64,000 nt of DNA from Eledone cirrhosa (GCA_964016885.1 OZ024743.1:342860001-342924000); one strand, 5' to 3'. Shown: positions 26,078 to 60,800, counted from the first letter of the stretch. Notes: generated from the letters alone by a model not told the origin. Program-made: numbers and translations.

Positions 26078-26938
26078 CGAGGTGTGTCAGAAAAGTTCCA
26101 GGACTGATGTCACAAAAGATTTATTTAAAACCCAAACTTCACACTGTGAGTTTTCTCCTTCAAAGTAATCCCTCTGGCGTCTAATGCACTTTTCCATACT
26201 TTTCTGCCACGCTTACATGCACTCCTGAAAGGATTCTTCCGGGATCCTACGCAGTTCCGTCGTCACAGCCTTTTTGATGTCGTCCACGTCTTCAAAACGG
26301 GTCCTCTCCGGGTCGTACTCGAAGATCCATGACTCATCACCGGTGATGAGTGTCCCTAGCAAGTCTGGTTCGGTTTCAAGACGCTCGAGGATGTCCTGGC
26401 ACACTTGCATACGTCGACCCTTCTGGTCATCGTTCAGCAGTTTTGGCACCATCTTCGCGCAGACTTTCCGCATGTCCAAATCTTCAGAGAAAATCTTCCA
26501 GACGCTGTCCCGATTCATGCCCAGCTCATTTGCCATCAGTCAAACAGTCAGCCGACTGTCCTGGTTGTTGAGGGCCTTCCGTTCCTGGGGACATCTTCCA
26601 CGTCCTCGCGTCCTTCTTTAAACCTCTTTCACCATTCAAAAACACGTGAGCGTGACATCGTCTCATCTCCATACACTTTCTGCTTCTGACGGAGTTTTCC
26701 CCAACCGTACCAGAAACTTCAAGTTTGTTCGTTGCTCTGTGCTCATTGCTTGACGACCTGAAACAGAGGACATGTATATAAAATTATGAAGAAAAAAAGT
26801 TTGATCGCTGCAGAGAGCTAAGATTACAGTTACATACTCCAGGGGGATTACTTTGAAGGAGAAAACTCTTAGTGTGAAGTTTGGGTTTGAAATAAATCTT
26901 TTGTGACATCAGTCCTGGAACTTTTCTGACACACCTCG
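26078..26938 (-). mobile_element. Second copy of the deleted mariner family
   Basis: Same long TIRs, TA TSD and catalytic-domain deletion as 14351-15235. Confidence 0.95.
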
Positions 26939-27529
26939 TATACTTTGTGTAATACGAAAATGGCACAAAGCCAGTAGTCGATTAAAGTGACCCAAGTACT
27001 TGACTAGTACTTTATTTTATGGACCCTGGAAGAATGAAAGCAATGTTGACCTCTCCGGAATTTGAATTCAAAATGTAATGTCTTGGTATAAATGCCGCAA
27101 ATCATTTTGTCCGATGCTTCAATGATTCGGCCCTTTCGTCTATTCACCAACCTAATAAGGGACATAACTCCATGACAAATAATACTAGAGTTATTTACCT
27201 TGAAAAGAAAATTGTTAAAACACTGATGTAATATACAAAGAAAACTTTCTGGGCATAAAATTTCATTTAAATTTCAGCAATATTATAGCTAAATCCGCGC
27301 AGTCAAATAGATGTGTCTATAAAAAAAAATGGTAAACTCAGAAGGCTGTCAATTTTCATTAAATTGAGATGCTGATTTTGATACGGTTTAAACACTTAAT
27401 ATGTATTGATGTGCTTCAGTGTGGAACTTTAAATAACATATGGTGTCAGAAAACTTAGATGTGAAAAACAAAAGGATGAAAGAATTTTTTTTTTTTTTTA
27501 AATAAATGAGTTAAAGTAAAAAGTCTAAA

Positions 27530-27801
27530 GACGTTCCTAAGCCCGGTGACTCTCATTAAGCCGGTGCTGATTCCGGTTTCGTTGGCAATAAGTGACTGAG
27601 AGTACAAGATTTCCCCATGGTCAGGACACCAGTCCATTGCGGGCTGAAATCCCCAGTTACTGCTGGTACTCATTTTCAGCTGAGTATACTAAAGCAACGT
27701 GAATCGAAGTGTTTTGCTCATGAACACAACACACAATATGGCCCAGGAATCGAACCCACAACATTATGATCGTAAGTCCAACACTCTGACCACTTGGCCG
27801 C
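27530..27801 (-). mobile_element. tRNA-derived CORE-like SINE family C (homolog 61948-62215, +)
   Basis: Minus: ggccaagtggtcagag...gggttcgattcctgg...actcagctgaaaatgagtacc...gcaatggactggtgtcctg. Confidence 0.7.
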
Positions 27802-28768
27802 GAGCTGTCAGTTGAGAGGGGCAGGGCAATTAGTTTTTATTAAACATACAACATACCATTCTTGGTAATGGATTTATACTGGTGAAAGGAATTGAATTTA
27901 TTAAATTATTTCTCATAATCAGGAAGGGGTGCTCAACACCCTTTAAGGGTCTCCATGACTAGAGAGAAATTTCCTTTAACGGGAGGCCAAGCTCGAATCC
28001 TTGTAACAGACTGGACTCTATTAAAGACACCCAAGAGCCAAGTGTTGGCGGTCAAACAGGTGACGGATTAATTCTCTTAAACAAGCAATAAATCTCCAAG
28101 CCTGTTTCTTGAATATAATCTTATAAACATTTAAATGATATTATTGCAATATAAAGCAAAATAAATAATGTATTAATACAAATCTATGGGCTAACAATAG
28201 AGATCAAATTGAAAAATTATTTGACGATTACAAACTGTCGCTGCAACGTCAGCCAAGGGGAACAACTCGTAACAACTCGTCCCGTTACTGGCAAAATTTG
28301 AATTTGTATACAAATAAAATTAATTCATACGTTGAATCTATTTCAGCTCTGATAATGATTATTGTATAATGATTATATTTTCAAAATTGATAACAAGTAA
28401 TTATATATTTGATTGCTACAGACAAAGTAAAATCATTTCAATTAAACTGATTACATAATTATATACGATAAGAGCGGTGAATTGATAGTATCGGTAGAGC
28501 GTTGGACATGCTTTGCAACATAGAGTGACAGCCCTTTATATTCTGAGTTCAAACCTCGTCGAGGTTAGCTTTGCCTTTCATCCTTATATATGTATGTATG
28601 TATCCATGTATGTATCTATATCTGACGGGCTTCCGCATTTTCCGTCTACCAACTTGCGACTCTAGTAGAAGTGATTTGCTCAAGTTGCCGCGCAGCGAAA
28701 CTGAACCAAGAACCACATGGTTGCGAAACGATCTTTTTAGTCACATGATTCTTAATTGCACCAATAAT

Positions 28769-28950
28769 TGTTTCTACTTTAGGCACAAGGCCAGCAATTA
28801 CCCAGTGCATTACTGGTACTTTATTTTATCGACCCCGTAAGGATGAAAGGCAAAGTCAACCTCGGCGGGATTTGAACTCAGATCGTAAAGGGACGTAACT
28901 ATGCTGGAAAGCATGGCGTCCGACCCTCTACCGATACTGCCAATCCACCA
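28769..28950 (-). mobile_element. SINE family A with 18-bp TSD
   Basis: TSD cttaattgcaccaataat at 28751-28768 and 28951-28968. Confidence 0.92.
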
Positions 28951-29579
28951 CTTAATTGCACCAATAATACCCCCATAACAAACACGGCAATCGCTTTACA
29001 GCATCTATGAAAAACAATTATTCGGTGAACGCCAAACAGATATCAGCCTCAGTTTAACAAAATGAGATAGAGGCGTTATAATCAAAGATCACTCTAAATT
29101 TAATCAATTATTTCATTTTACCATACAAAACAATATTTTAGGTAGAATCGTTACAGCGTCGGAGAATGTGTCTGCGATATTTAGTTGCGGCCATTTGCCT
29201 TCTGGGTTCAAATCCGGCATATTTCAATTCCGTGTTTTGTCCTTCTAAGATATAATGTCGATGAAGTACTAAAGTCGAATCTTATAATGCATCCTAGGTG
29301 TGAATTGAACTAAAAAGGGGGGGAGGTGACATACAAAGATTATTTATATTGCCACATAGGCAAATATTTTTTACTGCCTATAATCGATTAAATCAACCTC
29401 AACACTTAACTGGTACTGAGTCTATCGAGCCGGCATCAAAGCAAAAAAAAAACATTAATGTATTTATCGGTTATAATTGATTACTGTATATGATCAACAA
29501 CGTAAGTGATAAAGGATATAAAACAGGCTAATGTGGAACTCTCTATTGAAAGGAAATTAGTTTTAGTGAAGTCAACAAC

Positions 29580-50519
<20,940 letters not shown>

Positions 50520-51830
50520 ATTTCACCACCACACCATCTTGCTTTGCTGAGTGGTGTTTCATTTCTGTTAACTGAGCTATCTTCTTCAAATCAAGCTCTC
50601 TCTCTCTCTGATTCTCTCCTATTCTCTCTATTTCTTTATTAATTATATTTTGCTCTTTCTCTCTTCTCTCCTTTTTTCTTTACTTTTCATTTGCCCTCTT
50701 TGATTCTTTATATTATTAATATTTTAACCTCTCTTTCTCTCTCCTTCAGATCTTTCTCACACATACACACAAACTTCATTAAACATACACAATTCATTGA
50801 GCACACACACACACACATACACCACCAGTATTTGACAGCATCATTGCTGTATCAACTACACTATTGTCCTAATGCAAATGGCAATGGTGTTGTATGATGA
50901 TGCTGAAAGCATATATGTGATACAAAAATTATTTAATATTTTTGCTACACAAATTTTCTATTGTTCTTACTAAAATATGGTTTTAAAAAATGTTTATCAG
51001 AGGTGGTTATCAGCACAGCTAAGTTAGCAAGGTATATCAGATATAAAAGTAGTGGAATATACAGGAAATCATGTTTTTATCCACTATCCATTTCAGGTTT
51101 TTATCTGTAAATTAGAGGCTTAAAATCCCACCCTGTGAACCTTGTAACTTTTAAGTGTTTGAAATCTACTATCTCGACTAATATTCTTGGATTTACAATT
51201 AAAGATCTTTTTGAAACCCACCAAGTGAAATAATGTTTGTGGATTCTGATTTGGAATCTCTGAAAACCATTTTGGAACATACTGTGGAAGTCAGTGTTTG
51301 ATGGAAGCTAATTTGAAAACTTGAAACTTAAAATGATTTCATTCTGCTACATTTAGAAATTAGTCTTGTGAACTTTTGTTCTCTGATCTAAGATTAGAAC
51401 AGTTTCTAGTTTATGATAGTATTTGTATCTCAGACAACCTTTATTTACATCTGTAACTTCACAACCAACTGTTGGATGGATTAGTCACCATTAGAAAGAT
51501 GTTGTTAAGATCCTTTAGTTTCTAATTTCTAGTTAGGCCCTATCTTGAGGGCATTTCTAAAACTTTTTTTTTTTCATAAAACCTACACTGAATAGTTTGT
51601 AGTTCAACTCCTTAAGAATCCTTAGTAACCATTTTGAATGTTTCCGTTCATTAAAACTGAAAAGGTTTAAAAAAGAAACTTCAGTTCTTTAGTCTGAAGC
51701 TGGATGTCAGTTCAGAACTTGATAGCTGTCAACTGTAGCCTAAAGTAGGTACAGACCCTGTAGATGATTATACTGCCTGCTGGTTTTATAGTGGCAGTCA
51801 TCAAATTTGTAATTTGACTGATTTGTGGGG

Positions 51831-51901
51831 AATAAAATAGATTTAAGTTCTTATTTAATATTTCTATTTTTTTTTTCTTTTATACAAATTCATACAATAA
51901 A
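51831..51901 (+). terminator. Candidate PGGT1B polyadenylation signals (AATAAA at 51831 and 51896)
   Basis: AATAAA hexamers ~1.3 kb after the stop codon, followed by T-rich sequence; weak in an AT-rich genome. Confidence 0.3.
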
Positions 51902-52297
51902 GTTTGCTTCTTTTCACCAATTGTTTTGATGTCTCTCCATTGCAATATTTTTTTTGATTTATGTGTTTTACTTCCTGATCTCAGAATATAATCAGGGTCT
52001 TTATAAAGTGATGTGAAATGGAAGGAGGTAGTAATATGTCAGCAAATGATCAATCTTATATACAAAATAAAAGACACTCTTTACTAGCAAATGATAAAAT
52101 AAATAAAAAGATGTATACCTTACAGATATATATATAACTGATTTGGTGCAAATATAAAGTTTGCTTTGCAACCATGTGATTTTGGAAAGCTCATGTATGT
52201 ATGTATGCAAAAAGTCAATGAGGAAAAATAATACAGGGAATGATATATTTTAATGAAGATATGTATTAGTTTAATCCTGAATATAGTATGAAAAGAG

Positions 52298-52333
52298 TCT
52301 TAACGTTTCAGATATTAGTCCTTCATCAGAAGA
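52298..52333 (-). ncRNA. Very minimal type I hammerhead motif
   Basis: Minus: tctt CTGATGA a gga-ctaata-tct GAAA cg TT aaga; palindromic aacgtt stem III. Confidence 0.65.
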
Positions 52334-52519
52334 TAAAAGAAGAAATTGAAAGATAGACAAGACAAAGAAGAGGAAGAAACAAGACAAAACTTTTTACAAG
52401 AGGAAATCATATGTTTAGTCAACCATTTTAGAGAATACAGACATACAGAATACATATGGTAGACAACACACTAGTTACACAGAAAGTAAATCAGGTATCA
52501 CATTATGGAGTCATACCCC

Positions 52520-53860
52520 ATGACTGGCATAGCAACATTATTATCAACTGCAACAAGGTCAAAGGAGGTGCACTGGACAGAGGGAACTATAGAGGCATTA
52601 AGATGATAGATCAGGTTGTTAAAATCACTGATTAGAATTAACATGGACAAGATGTAGTTTGACTTTGTCCCTGGAAGAGGTACTATCAGTGCCATCTTCC
52701 TCATGAGACAGCTGCAGAAGATATACTTAGCTTAGAGTAAGCTGCTCTACCTAGCATTCATTGACTTGGAGAAAATGTTCAAACAGAGTACCCTGCTCAG
52801 TAATTTGGTGGACTCTTTGAAAACTAGGGGTAGGAGAACGGCTCATGAGGTCTGTGCGGTCATGTACAACAACACAGTCAGCAAAGTTAGAGTTAACAAT
52901 GAGTACAGTGATGAATTTAGCAAGGCTCAGGCCATAATGGAATATCTTAAGAATGGCTGTTCATGGGAACTCCTGTATACAAATGGTCTAATTCTCATAG
53001 CTGAATCCATGGAAGCAAAACCTCGAATCAAGCCTCAGAGTGAATTTAGCTAAGACTAAAGTCCTAGTAATAAAGAAGACAGCACTGATCCCACCAAGAA
53101 AATGGCAATGCTCTATGCAGAAAAGGAGTTGGTAGGAATTCCATACTGGTAGTAAATATAAACTATGGATACACAAGAGATGTAGTTTGATTTCAGGCAG
53201 GTTAACAAAGAATGTAGACTTCAAATGGGACAGATGTACAGAAACAGTAGACAACAAAGTTCACATGAAACAAGCTCTATCAAACGCTCAGGTATCTCCA
53301 TAGAAGTAATAAACACTTTCTACTACCAGAGGTAGGTGTTTGCAAAGTGCAGTTGCCAGGGTGAGAACATTGAAAAAAGTTTAGGTAGCTACTTATTGCC
53401 TCTGTCAGCTACAAAGAGATTTCGCTCTGAGTAAAAGGCAAATTGTATGATGCATGTCTGAGAACTGTGATGTTGCATAGAAACGAGACTCAGATATTGA
53501 ATACAAAAGATTGGCAATGACTCGAAAAAAAAGGAAGTAGACATGTTCCGATAGATGTGTCACAGTAATGTGCAAGAATGGCAAAGCATTAATGGACTAA
53601 GAGAAAAACTTGGTATAAGAGTGATTGGATGTAGTGTACAAGAGAAAGACTGCATTGATATGGCCAAGTAATGTGTATGAAGTATAAGAGCTGCATAAGG
53701 AAGTACAGGGCACTCAAAGTTGAGGGAACCTGTAAAAGAGGAAGACTTAGGAAAATATAGGAAGTAGTGGTGAAAGCTCACTTGAAAAAGTTAGACCTGG
53801 CAGAGATGACATGGAATCGAGACAGCTGGCAATATGCCATACAACAGAAGACTTGCATCA
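52520..53860 (+). mobile_element. Degenerate RTE LINE (RT through 3' end)
   Basis: Broken frames with RGNYRGIK, FVPGRGTISAIFLMRQLQ, LAFIDLEK, WELLY. Confidence 0.75.
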
Positions 53861-56800
53861 CTACACATGTGGGATGAAGGGCAGAAAAATGTAACAACAC
53901 TTGAGTTACTTCATCCATCACTCCCTTCCCATTATCTATCTCCCTCACCTAGTCTTCCCTTTGCCCACTTGATCTCCCTCACAACAGTCTTCCCCCTACC
54001 CATTTAGTCCCCTCTCCATTCACACTCCTGGGTTGACGATTTGGGGAGAGTGGCTGTAAAAGACAGAAAGATGTAACAACTCTTAAGCTTCTATCACCCC
54101 TCCTCACTAGCTATTCCTCTCACCTTGTCTACCTCACTCACATACTTGATTTCTCCCATTACATTCCTTCCCTGACAAAACAAGAATATACTTCTTGGCA
54201 ATTCTCACAGCTCCGATATTACCAGCATGAAGTTAGAATGTCTCGGGGAAAGAATCGCTGGAGAGATTTTACGGGTGAAACCAACAGGTAAGAAATCCAG
54301 AGGTAGACACTGAGCAAGATGGTTGGATAACATCCATGATCATGGCTGGTCATGCTTGGGATTCGAGCTGGATCAATTTGAAATGGTTGCTTCTGATAGG
54401 ACCTGCTGGAGGGAGTGTTTGAGGACTCTTCCCCGACGACCCTCTCAGGAATAAGTGGGCTAAGAAGAAGAAGAAAGACATTCCTTCCCTCACACACCTA
54501 GTCCCCTCTCCCCACTGACATCCCTGACACTTACCCAAAAGCAGATGCACGTTCACTGTGCTGACACGCTGCTTACTCACTCTTTTTCTTTGTCTCACCA
54601 ACGCAAACGTCACACACACTAAAACCACCCCACCTCTCACTCTCGAAACAGGCAGGCCAAACTCTGTTCTCGTTCACTACTCCTACCACTGTCCTCACAG
54701 CCCGGCCAAGAACTCAAATGTGCTAGTGTTGAAATGTAGTATAAGTAGTACCTCAATAAAATGTGCTCAGTGTTCAGCCCACATTGGAAGGTGGAAGTGC
54801 TTGCGTCACGATAAAGTGCACCCCGTCCACACTGTGAAGTGGTAGTGTTGGTGCCATGAAAAAAAACGCAGTCCAGCCCCTCGGGTGGTTGTGGTGGTAC
54901 TGTGAGAAAATAGAGTCGGCACACGCCGTGAAGTGATTGGTGTTAGGGAGAGCATCCAGCCATAGAAACCATGCCAAATAGAACGTATGAGCAAGACACA
55001 ATCCTCTGACCTGCCTGTCTAGCTTCACTGAGTAACAGCCCGTCTAATCAATACAAACGGGAAAAATAGATGTAAAACAGTGGTGTGTGTATATTCGTTG
55101 ACTGTTCTATTCAAATTTCACATTGCAGTCGGTGATATTTATTTGTGTTCAGCGTAAACAGAGATCACACTACTTACTATAAAAAAAAAAATTCCGTGCC
55201 AGGAAAGACATCCAGCCGTAGAATTTTGCCACCAAACCTATGCCAGCCTGATAACAATAATGATGAATAGCCTCTTATTTAGAATAGGTATCACAGTGTG
55301 TTGTAAAAGGCGACTCAAAAAATAATACAGACCTGATTTTGGCTTTACTTTATTAACAAGTCTTCTGAGCGGATCGAGCTGGAGTTGAGTCTATAGCAGC
55401 TATATAAGCTATAAGATTATGAACCGCCCATCTATGAAACGGTTGTAACTGTGTATAATCCACAGAGACCTTAATGTGAAACCTCATTTTGTTCTCAATA
55501 TATACACTCTGCCTTAGCATAGAGTGATGATTTTGATACCTTCCTCAGTAAACCACGAATCTACCACCTTTTATATATATATATATATGTGTGTGTGTAT
55601 ATATATATATGTATATGTATATGAAGAGGGCACAGAATGTGTGACGAAAGAACTTTGACAATATATGAACAACCGTCCAGTTGTGGAACCAACCAACTAA
55701 CCGGAAATTTATAAAAAATTTTAAATTTATAATAAATTGGAGTGAATACAACTGGTGCGTGTGTTTCTTATTGGCAACATGACCCTCCCAAAGTCTAACA
55801 ATATATATATGTATGAGGTTATAGTTCACTTGAAGCATTGTGTAATGAGGTATAAACATTTGTATATGTATAATAAAGCCAAAACAATGCAGGTATAGAC
55901 ATAGAATAAAGAATGCAAATGCAAAAGATATTGTTGACAATTAGTCTTTTACTTTAGATTTATTTTAAATGTCCTTAATTTTCGAGATAATATCTCTTCT
56001 TCGGAGGGAAGTAAAGCGGTTAAACCAGTGTTCTAAATAGCTTGCCAAGTCATGCTGACAGGAAATGGTATAGAGTATCTATTCTATCTCTAATGTCAAA
56101 GAGTTAAGGTTAGGTGGATAAAGAGTAGTCGCCCTTTAAAAGGGTTTTTTTTTTTGTACATGCCTGTTTAAGTGTGTGGGAGAATGCATGAAGGTGTAAG
56201 TATGTGAGTGTGTGAGAGTGAGAAGATATGTCTATACGTAAATGTGGGGGATAGATGTATAGCAGAGATACTGAGTTGCATGAATGTAACAAAACGAGAC
56301 AATGTTTGTGTATATAATATTTAATTAACGGTAGATAGAATACTTGACATGTCAAAGATAGATGTTAGAATGAAACAAAGTTAGTAGTTACCGTTTTGAT
56401 TGCCAGGCAAACGCAGCTGGCAGAGGGCGCCTGGCCTTAGCCAGGCGCCTGTTGGCCAAATTAATGGCAGAGCCAAATGAGAAGACTCTTGACCTGGTGC
56501 CGAAAAGGCAAAGAGAGAGAGGAAGCTTAAAGTTGTTAGTTTTATAGGGCTCTGACCGGAAGTTTGAGAAAGGGTTCCACTTCCCGTCTAGATCCCAATC
56601 AAAACAAGGGAGACAACCGCTACATAACCTCCCGCCAGAATTTTAGTGTATAAAAATCGAAATGAAAATATGTAGCAAGTTGGCGAGAATGTTGTAACAG
56701 GCATGAAAATTACGACAAAAGAATGTCTGGAAAAATCAATGATAGATATCAAGGTAGCCAACCGCTCTTGGCCAGAGAACGACTGGACATCCATCTATCC

Positions 56801-58755
56801 ATCACCCAAAGATACAATGTAATAAAGTAAAAGTAATAGAAGAGCTCAAAGTTCAAAATATAGTTCACAGGTGTGCAATCACATGACAGCAGGAAAGAAT
56901 GTGTTCCAGAGAATGAATGCAGGTGGTTTCTGTTCTGTGGTATATCGTGAAATTTCCAACCTCCGAATGGATTTTCTCACAGGAAGAGTGCTGCAAAAAT
57001 GAATTCTCTGGCTTTGGTGAAGCTGTATTGATGTATTGCTGTTGCTGCTGCTGTTGTCTCGCTGAGTGAGCGTATTCGGTGTTTAAATTCACAGTAAAAA
57101 AATTTTTTTTTAGAAAAAAATGAGTTGCGCAAAGTGCTAGAAATAGCAGCCGAAGTTGATGGTCGATGTTGAGAATGCGTTGACCTGGAAGGGTCAAGAG
57201 GCCAGCGACCAGAGAAATAAGCATTCTTAATAAATGCGCGGTTATCAACGGTAAATTTACATTGTAAATTTATAAACCGGCAAATAGAAGAATATAGCTT
57301 AAGGCTGAAGAATCCCTGGTGATAAATGGCGTGCGGCTGTCTGTGAGTAAGAGACATCTCAGTGAATCGAGAATTTATGCTGCCTACACGTGCCAATACA
57401 AGGTTGAAAAAAAATATTTCTAACGCGCGAGAAAATGATAGTGCAATTTTGAAAGTGACAATGATGAAAAAGAAAAGCTTCAATCAGCATAATTATAGGT
57501 GTGAACTTTTGGAAAAAAAAAAAAAACTAGAACGATGAAGAAAACGAAGAACAAAAGGCAATGGTTCATCGAAAATAAATGTTCCTGTTGAAATGTTTTT
57601 TAAAGAATATCAAATTTCCCTTTTTTTTTTGTGTGTGTGTTTTGAAAGAGTTCGTTGTAAGAAACGAGAAACATATATATATATCGTGAAATGTTTTTTT
57701 TTGTTTTGAAAGTGTTCGTTGTAAGAAACGAGAAACATATATATATATATTGGTGAAATGCGACAGTTAATTGATGCGTGAGAGAAAAAGTATGTCTGTG
57801 CGAATTCCACATGTGCGTGTGTGCGTGTCCTTGAGTATTTTCATAGTTTGTCGCTAAATTTGCCGTGTATTCGTAATGTTACTCACAAAACCAGATGTGC
57901 TATTTTTTTCTTTTTTTTGGGGTGACCACTTATAGCGATGAACGGCTGCGTGTTCGTATCACGTCAGGGTTACCAATATAGCAGGGATACTGAGTTGCAT
58001 GAATGTAACAAAACGAGACAATGTTTGTGTATATAATATTTAATTAACGGTAGATAGAATACTTGACATGTCAAAGATAGATGTTAGAATGAAACAAAGT
58101 TAGTAGTTACCGTTTTGATTGCCAGGCAAATGCGGCTGGCAGAGGGCGCCTGGCCTTAGCCAGGCGCCTGTTGGCCAAATTAATGGTTTGGGGGGGGTGA
58201 CCACTTATAGCGATGAACGGCTGCGTGTTCGTATCACGTCAGGGTTACCAATGTAGCGGGAATACTGGTTGTATGAAAGTAACAAAACGAGACAATGTTT
58301 GTGTATATAATATTTAATTAACGGTAGATAGAATACTTGACATGTCAAAGATAGATGTTAGAATGAAACAAAGTTAGTAGTTACCGTTTTGATTGCCAGG
58401 CAAATGCGGCTGGCAGAGGGCGCCTGGCCTTAGCCAGGCGCCTGTTGGCCAAATTAATGGCAGAGCCAAATGAGAAGACTCTTGACCTGGTGCCGAAAAG
58501 GCAAAGAGAGAGAGGAAGCTCAAAGTTGTTAGTTTTATAGGGCTCTGACCGGAAGTTTGAGAAAGGGTTCCACTTCCCGTCTAGATCCCAATCAAAACAA
58601 GGGAGACAACCGCTACAGATGTTATCTCGTGTTAGAACTGGTCTTTGTGTGTGTATGTGTGTGTGTGAGAGAAAATAAGTGGAGGTGTAAGCGTGTGTGT
58701 GTGTGTGCGTGCGTTGGGGGGGGGGGGGGGGGTAAATATGGGGCTAGAAGCTCTA

Positions 58756-59196
58756 TCAAGTTATAAATTGTGTGTTGAGTTCTAGTCTATTATTGATTGG
58801 TGGTTGTGTTTTGTCAATAATTAGTGCTTCCTTAATTCTAAGATTGCCGAGGTTTCTTTCCTTAGTTTCTATCCTGTTATGGTTTTGTCGGTGTTTTTGC
58901 ATTTTCTTAAATGAGGAAGCGTTAGTATTGAGGTGTTCTTTTATTCTTATGTGGAGTGGTCTGGTGGTGCTACCTACGTAGAAGTTGCTGCATTTGTCAC
59001 ACTCTAGTCTGTATACGACGTAAGCCTGGTGGCATAGGTCTGTGTCGTTGATGGGGAAGTTGGCTAGCCTGCAGCAGTTGTCATGTCTGGTGGAGTGTCT
59101 TTTGGTTAGCTGTCCGCGTAGAGAAGGACCTGAGTGGACCAGTTGGATATCTAGTCCCTCTCGTCTGATAGCTCTGCGGATGGCTGTTGTTGTTTC
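58756..59196 (-). pseudogene. GIY-YIG endonuclease C-terminal fragment (absent from the ORF track)
   Basis: Hand translation, open frame: AIRRAIRREGLDIQLVHSGPSLRGQL...VVYRLECDKCSNFYVGSTTRPLHIRIKEH...LRIKEALIIDKTQPPINNRLELNTQFIT*. Confidence 0.9.
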
Positions 59197-59248
59197 GAAA
59201 CAACAACAGCCATCCGCAGAGCTATCAGACGAGAGGGACTAGATATCC
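59145..59248. repeat. Perfect 104-bp palindrome at the 5' truncation point of the PLE
   Basis: 52-bp arms centred on ttc|gaa (59196/59197). Confidence 0.97.
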
Positions 59249-59259
59249 GGCTTTGATTT

Positions 59260-59500
59260 ATAACGGAATACTCCTATGTTTTACCGGCGAAGATTCGAAA
59301 CCGAATCTGAAGTTTCTCGCCTCTGGGACTAACCATTATTGGAAAGTTCCCACCATTGTCCTGCCAAGACACCGATGATAAACGTATATTCCGCTTGACA
59401 TGTGACCCCAGCTTCTTGGGAGACAATATCTACATGGCTGATCATAAATCAACCTCATATACACATCCTTCTAACTATAAGGTTATTATAAATACAACGA
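59260..59500 (+). repeat. Unclassified interspersed repeat; inverted homolog at 62580-62803
   Basis: gaatactcctatgttttacc.ggcgaagattcgaaaccgaatctga conserved between the copies. Confidence 0.75.
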
Positions 59501-60515
59501 CTTAGAAAACCGAAAGACAGACCCGAAGCAGCAGTCAGCGAGTGATAACGATGTAGGCATCAGTAGACCTTTTACCCTTTCTCTCTCCTGGCCCTTACTG
59601 GCTTCCTCCTCGGCCACAGACACAGCCAGACAGCCAGCCATGCCTGCCTGACAGATTAACTACTACTACTACGACAATAATGTATTCTAAGAATAGGCAC
59701 ACACACACACACACATTAAGTTCATATTGCTTACATTATACGCTCATCCTATTCTTCCTGTCATATTGTATCTGTAAGATACAACACAACTTTTACTAAC
59801 TCGTTTTCTCTAAGACATCTAATCGCTACAGATTGATATAACAATCTTATCAAATATTAAATATTAATAAAACTGACCTTTCGACCCAAATGAATCCCAC
59901 CTCAATACCCATACAAAAATACATAAAAAATGCCACCGGGACCAAATGAATTCAATTGAATCCTAACATGTGAACCCCGCTTTTCCACCTTCACCACCGC
60001 ACTTTCATAAAGAACATATATATAAAGTGTATTGCTAGTCTAGGTTACTAAGAAGCTGTGTCTACCGATCAAAATTATACTGAAAAAAGGACGAGGAAAA
60101 GCATGCCACTTTTACCTCCTTACGGACAACTGACGCTGCACACCAGGTCCGAACACAGAAGAGCCGAACTCCCACTGTCATCGCCTCCATCTCTCTCGTC
60201 CTCCCCATCTCTCTGTATTATGAGCAAATGGGGTCCCACGTGCTGGCCGACCCCTGGCTCCGGCGAACAGAATGGAGAAAGCGTTTCCTCGGAGGACGGC
60301 AAGGGAGATGCACTGGAAGAGCCATTCCATCTCTCGAGGCTCACACCTGCAGCTAGCCAGCTCTTGTGGCAAAGAATTCACATATATTCATACTGCTCAC
60401 AGGATATATGAAAAAATGTTTTTGAAAATATTCAATATTTGATAAGGTTGATTATACCATTCGAAGCTGGTTATATTTTATGCCACAATTATAAAATTAT
60501 TCATTCTGTTGGATT

Positions 60516-60800
60516 TATAGCGAAGATACTGGGTTGTATGAATGTAACAAGGAGACATGGTTTGTGTGTATAATATTTAATCAACGATTTAACAGTATAG
60601 TTGACATGTCAATGAATAAACGAAAGAATGAAGCAAAGTTAGTAGTTACCGTTTTGATTGCCAGGCAAACGCAGGCTGGCAGAAGACGCCTGGCGAAGGC
60701 CAGGCGCCGGAAGGGCAAATGAGAGAGTGAGAACTTAAAGTTGTTAGTTTTATAGGGTTCTGACTGGAAGTTACAGAAAGGGTTCTACTTCCCGTCTAGA
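60516..60800 (-). mobile_element. Diverged copy of the PLE 3' module
   Basis: Shares ttgacatgtcaa, gttagtagttaccgttttgattgccaggcaaacgc and acttcccgtctagat with 56258-56624. Confidence 0.8.

Larger units (their letters stand above)
55972..59248 (-). mobile_element. 5'-truncated Penelope-like element with a tandemly rearranged 3' region
   Basis: GIY-YIG frame at 58756-59196; repeated ~365-bp module at 56258-56624, 57977-58186 (partial) and 58252-58617; degenerate hammerhead at 55972-56008; left boundary uncertain. Confidence 0.7.

Noticed and set aside
56865-57483. 127-aa and 168-aa ORFs
   Set aside because: No recognisable motifs; overlapping frames within probable retroelement non-coding sequence
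57919-57978. Structured block as a hammerhead variant
   Set aside because: CTGACGT/GCTA deviates at several essential core positions, and the stems pair better on the opposite strand
60058-60411. GC-richer segment with ORFs on both strands
   Set aside because: Shares sequence with ~31670-31720 (acagaatggagaa..gtttcc..ggagg), so probably a repeat fragment; no protein motif recognised
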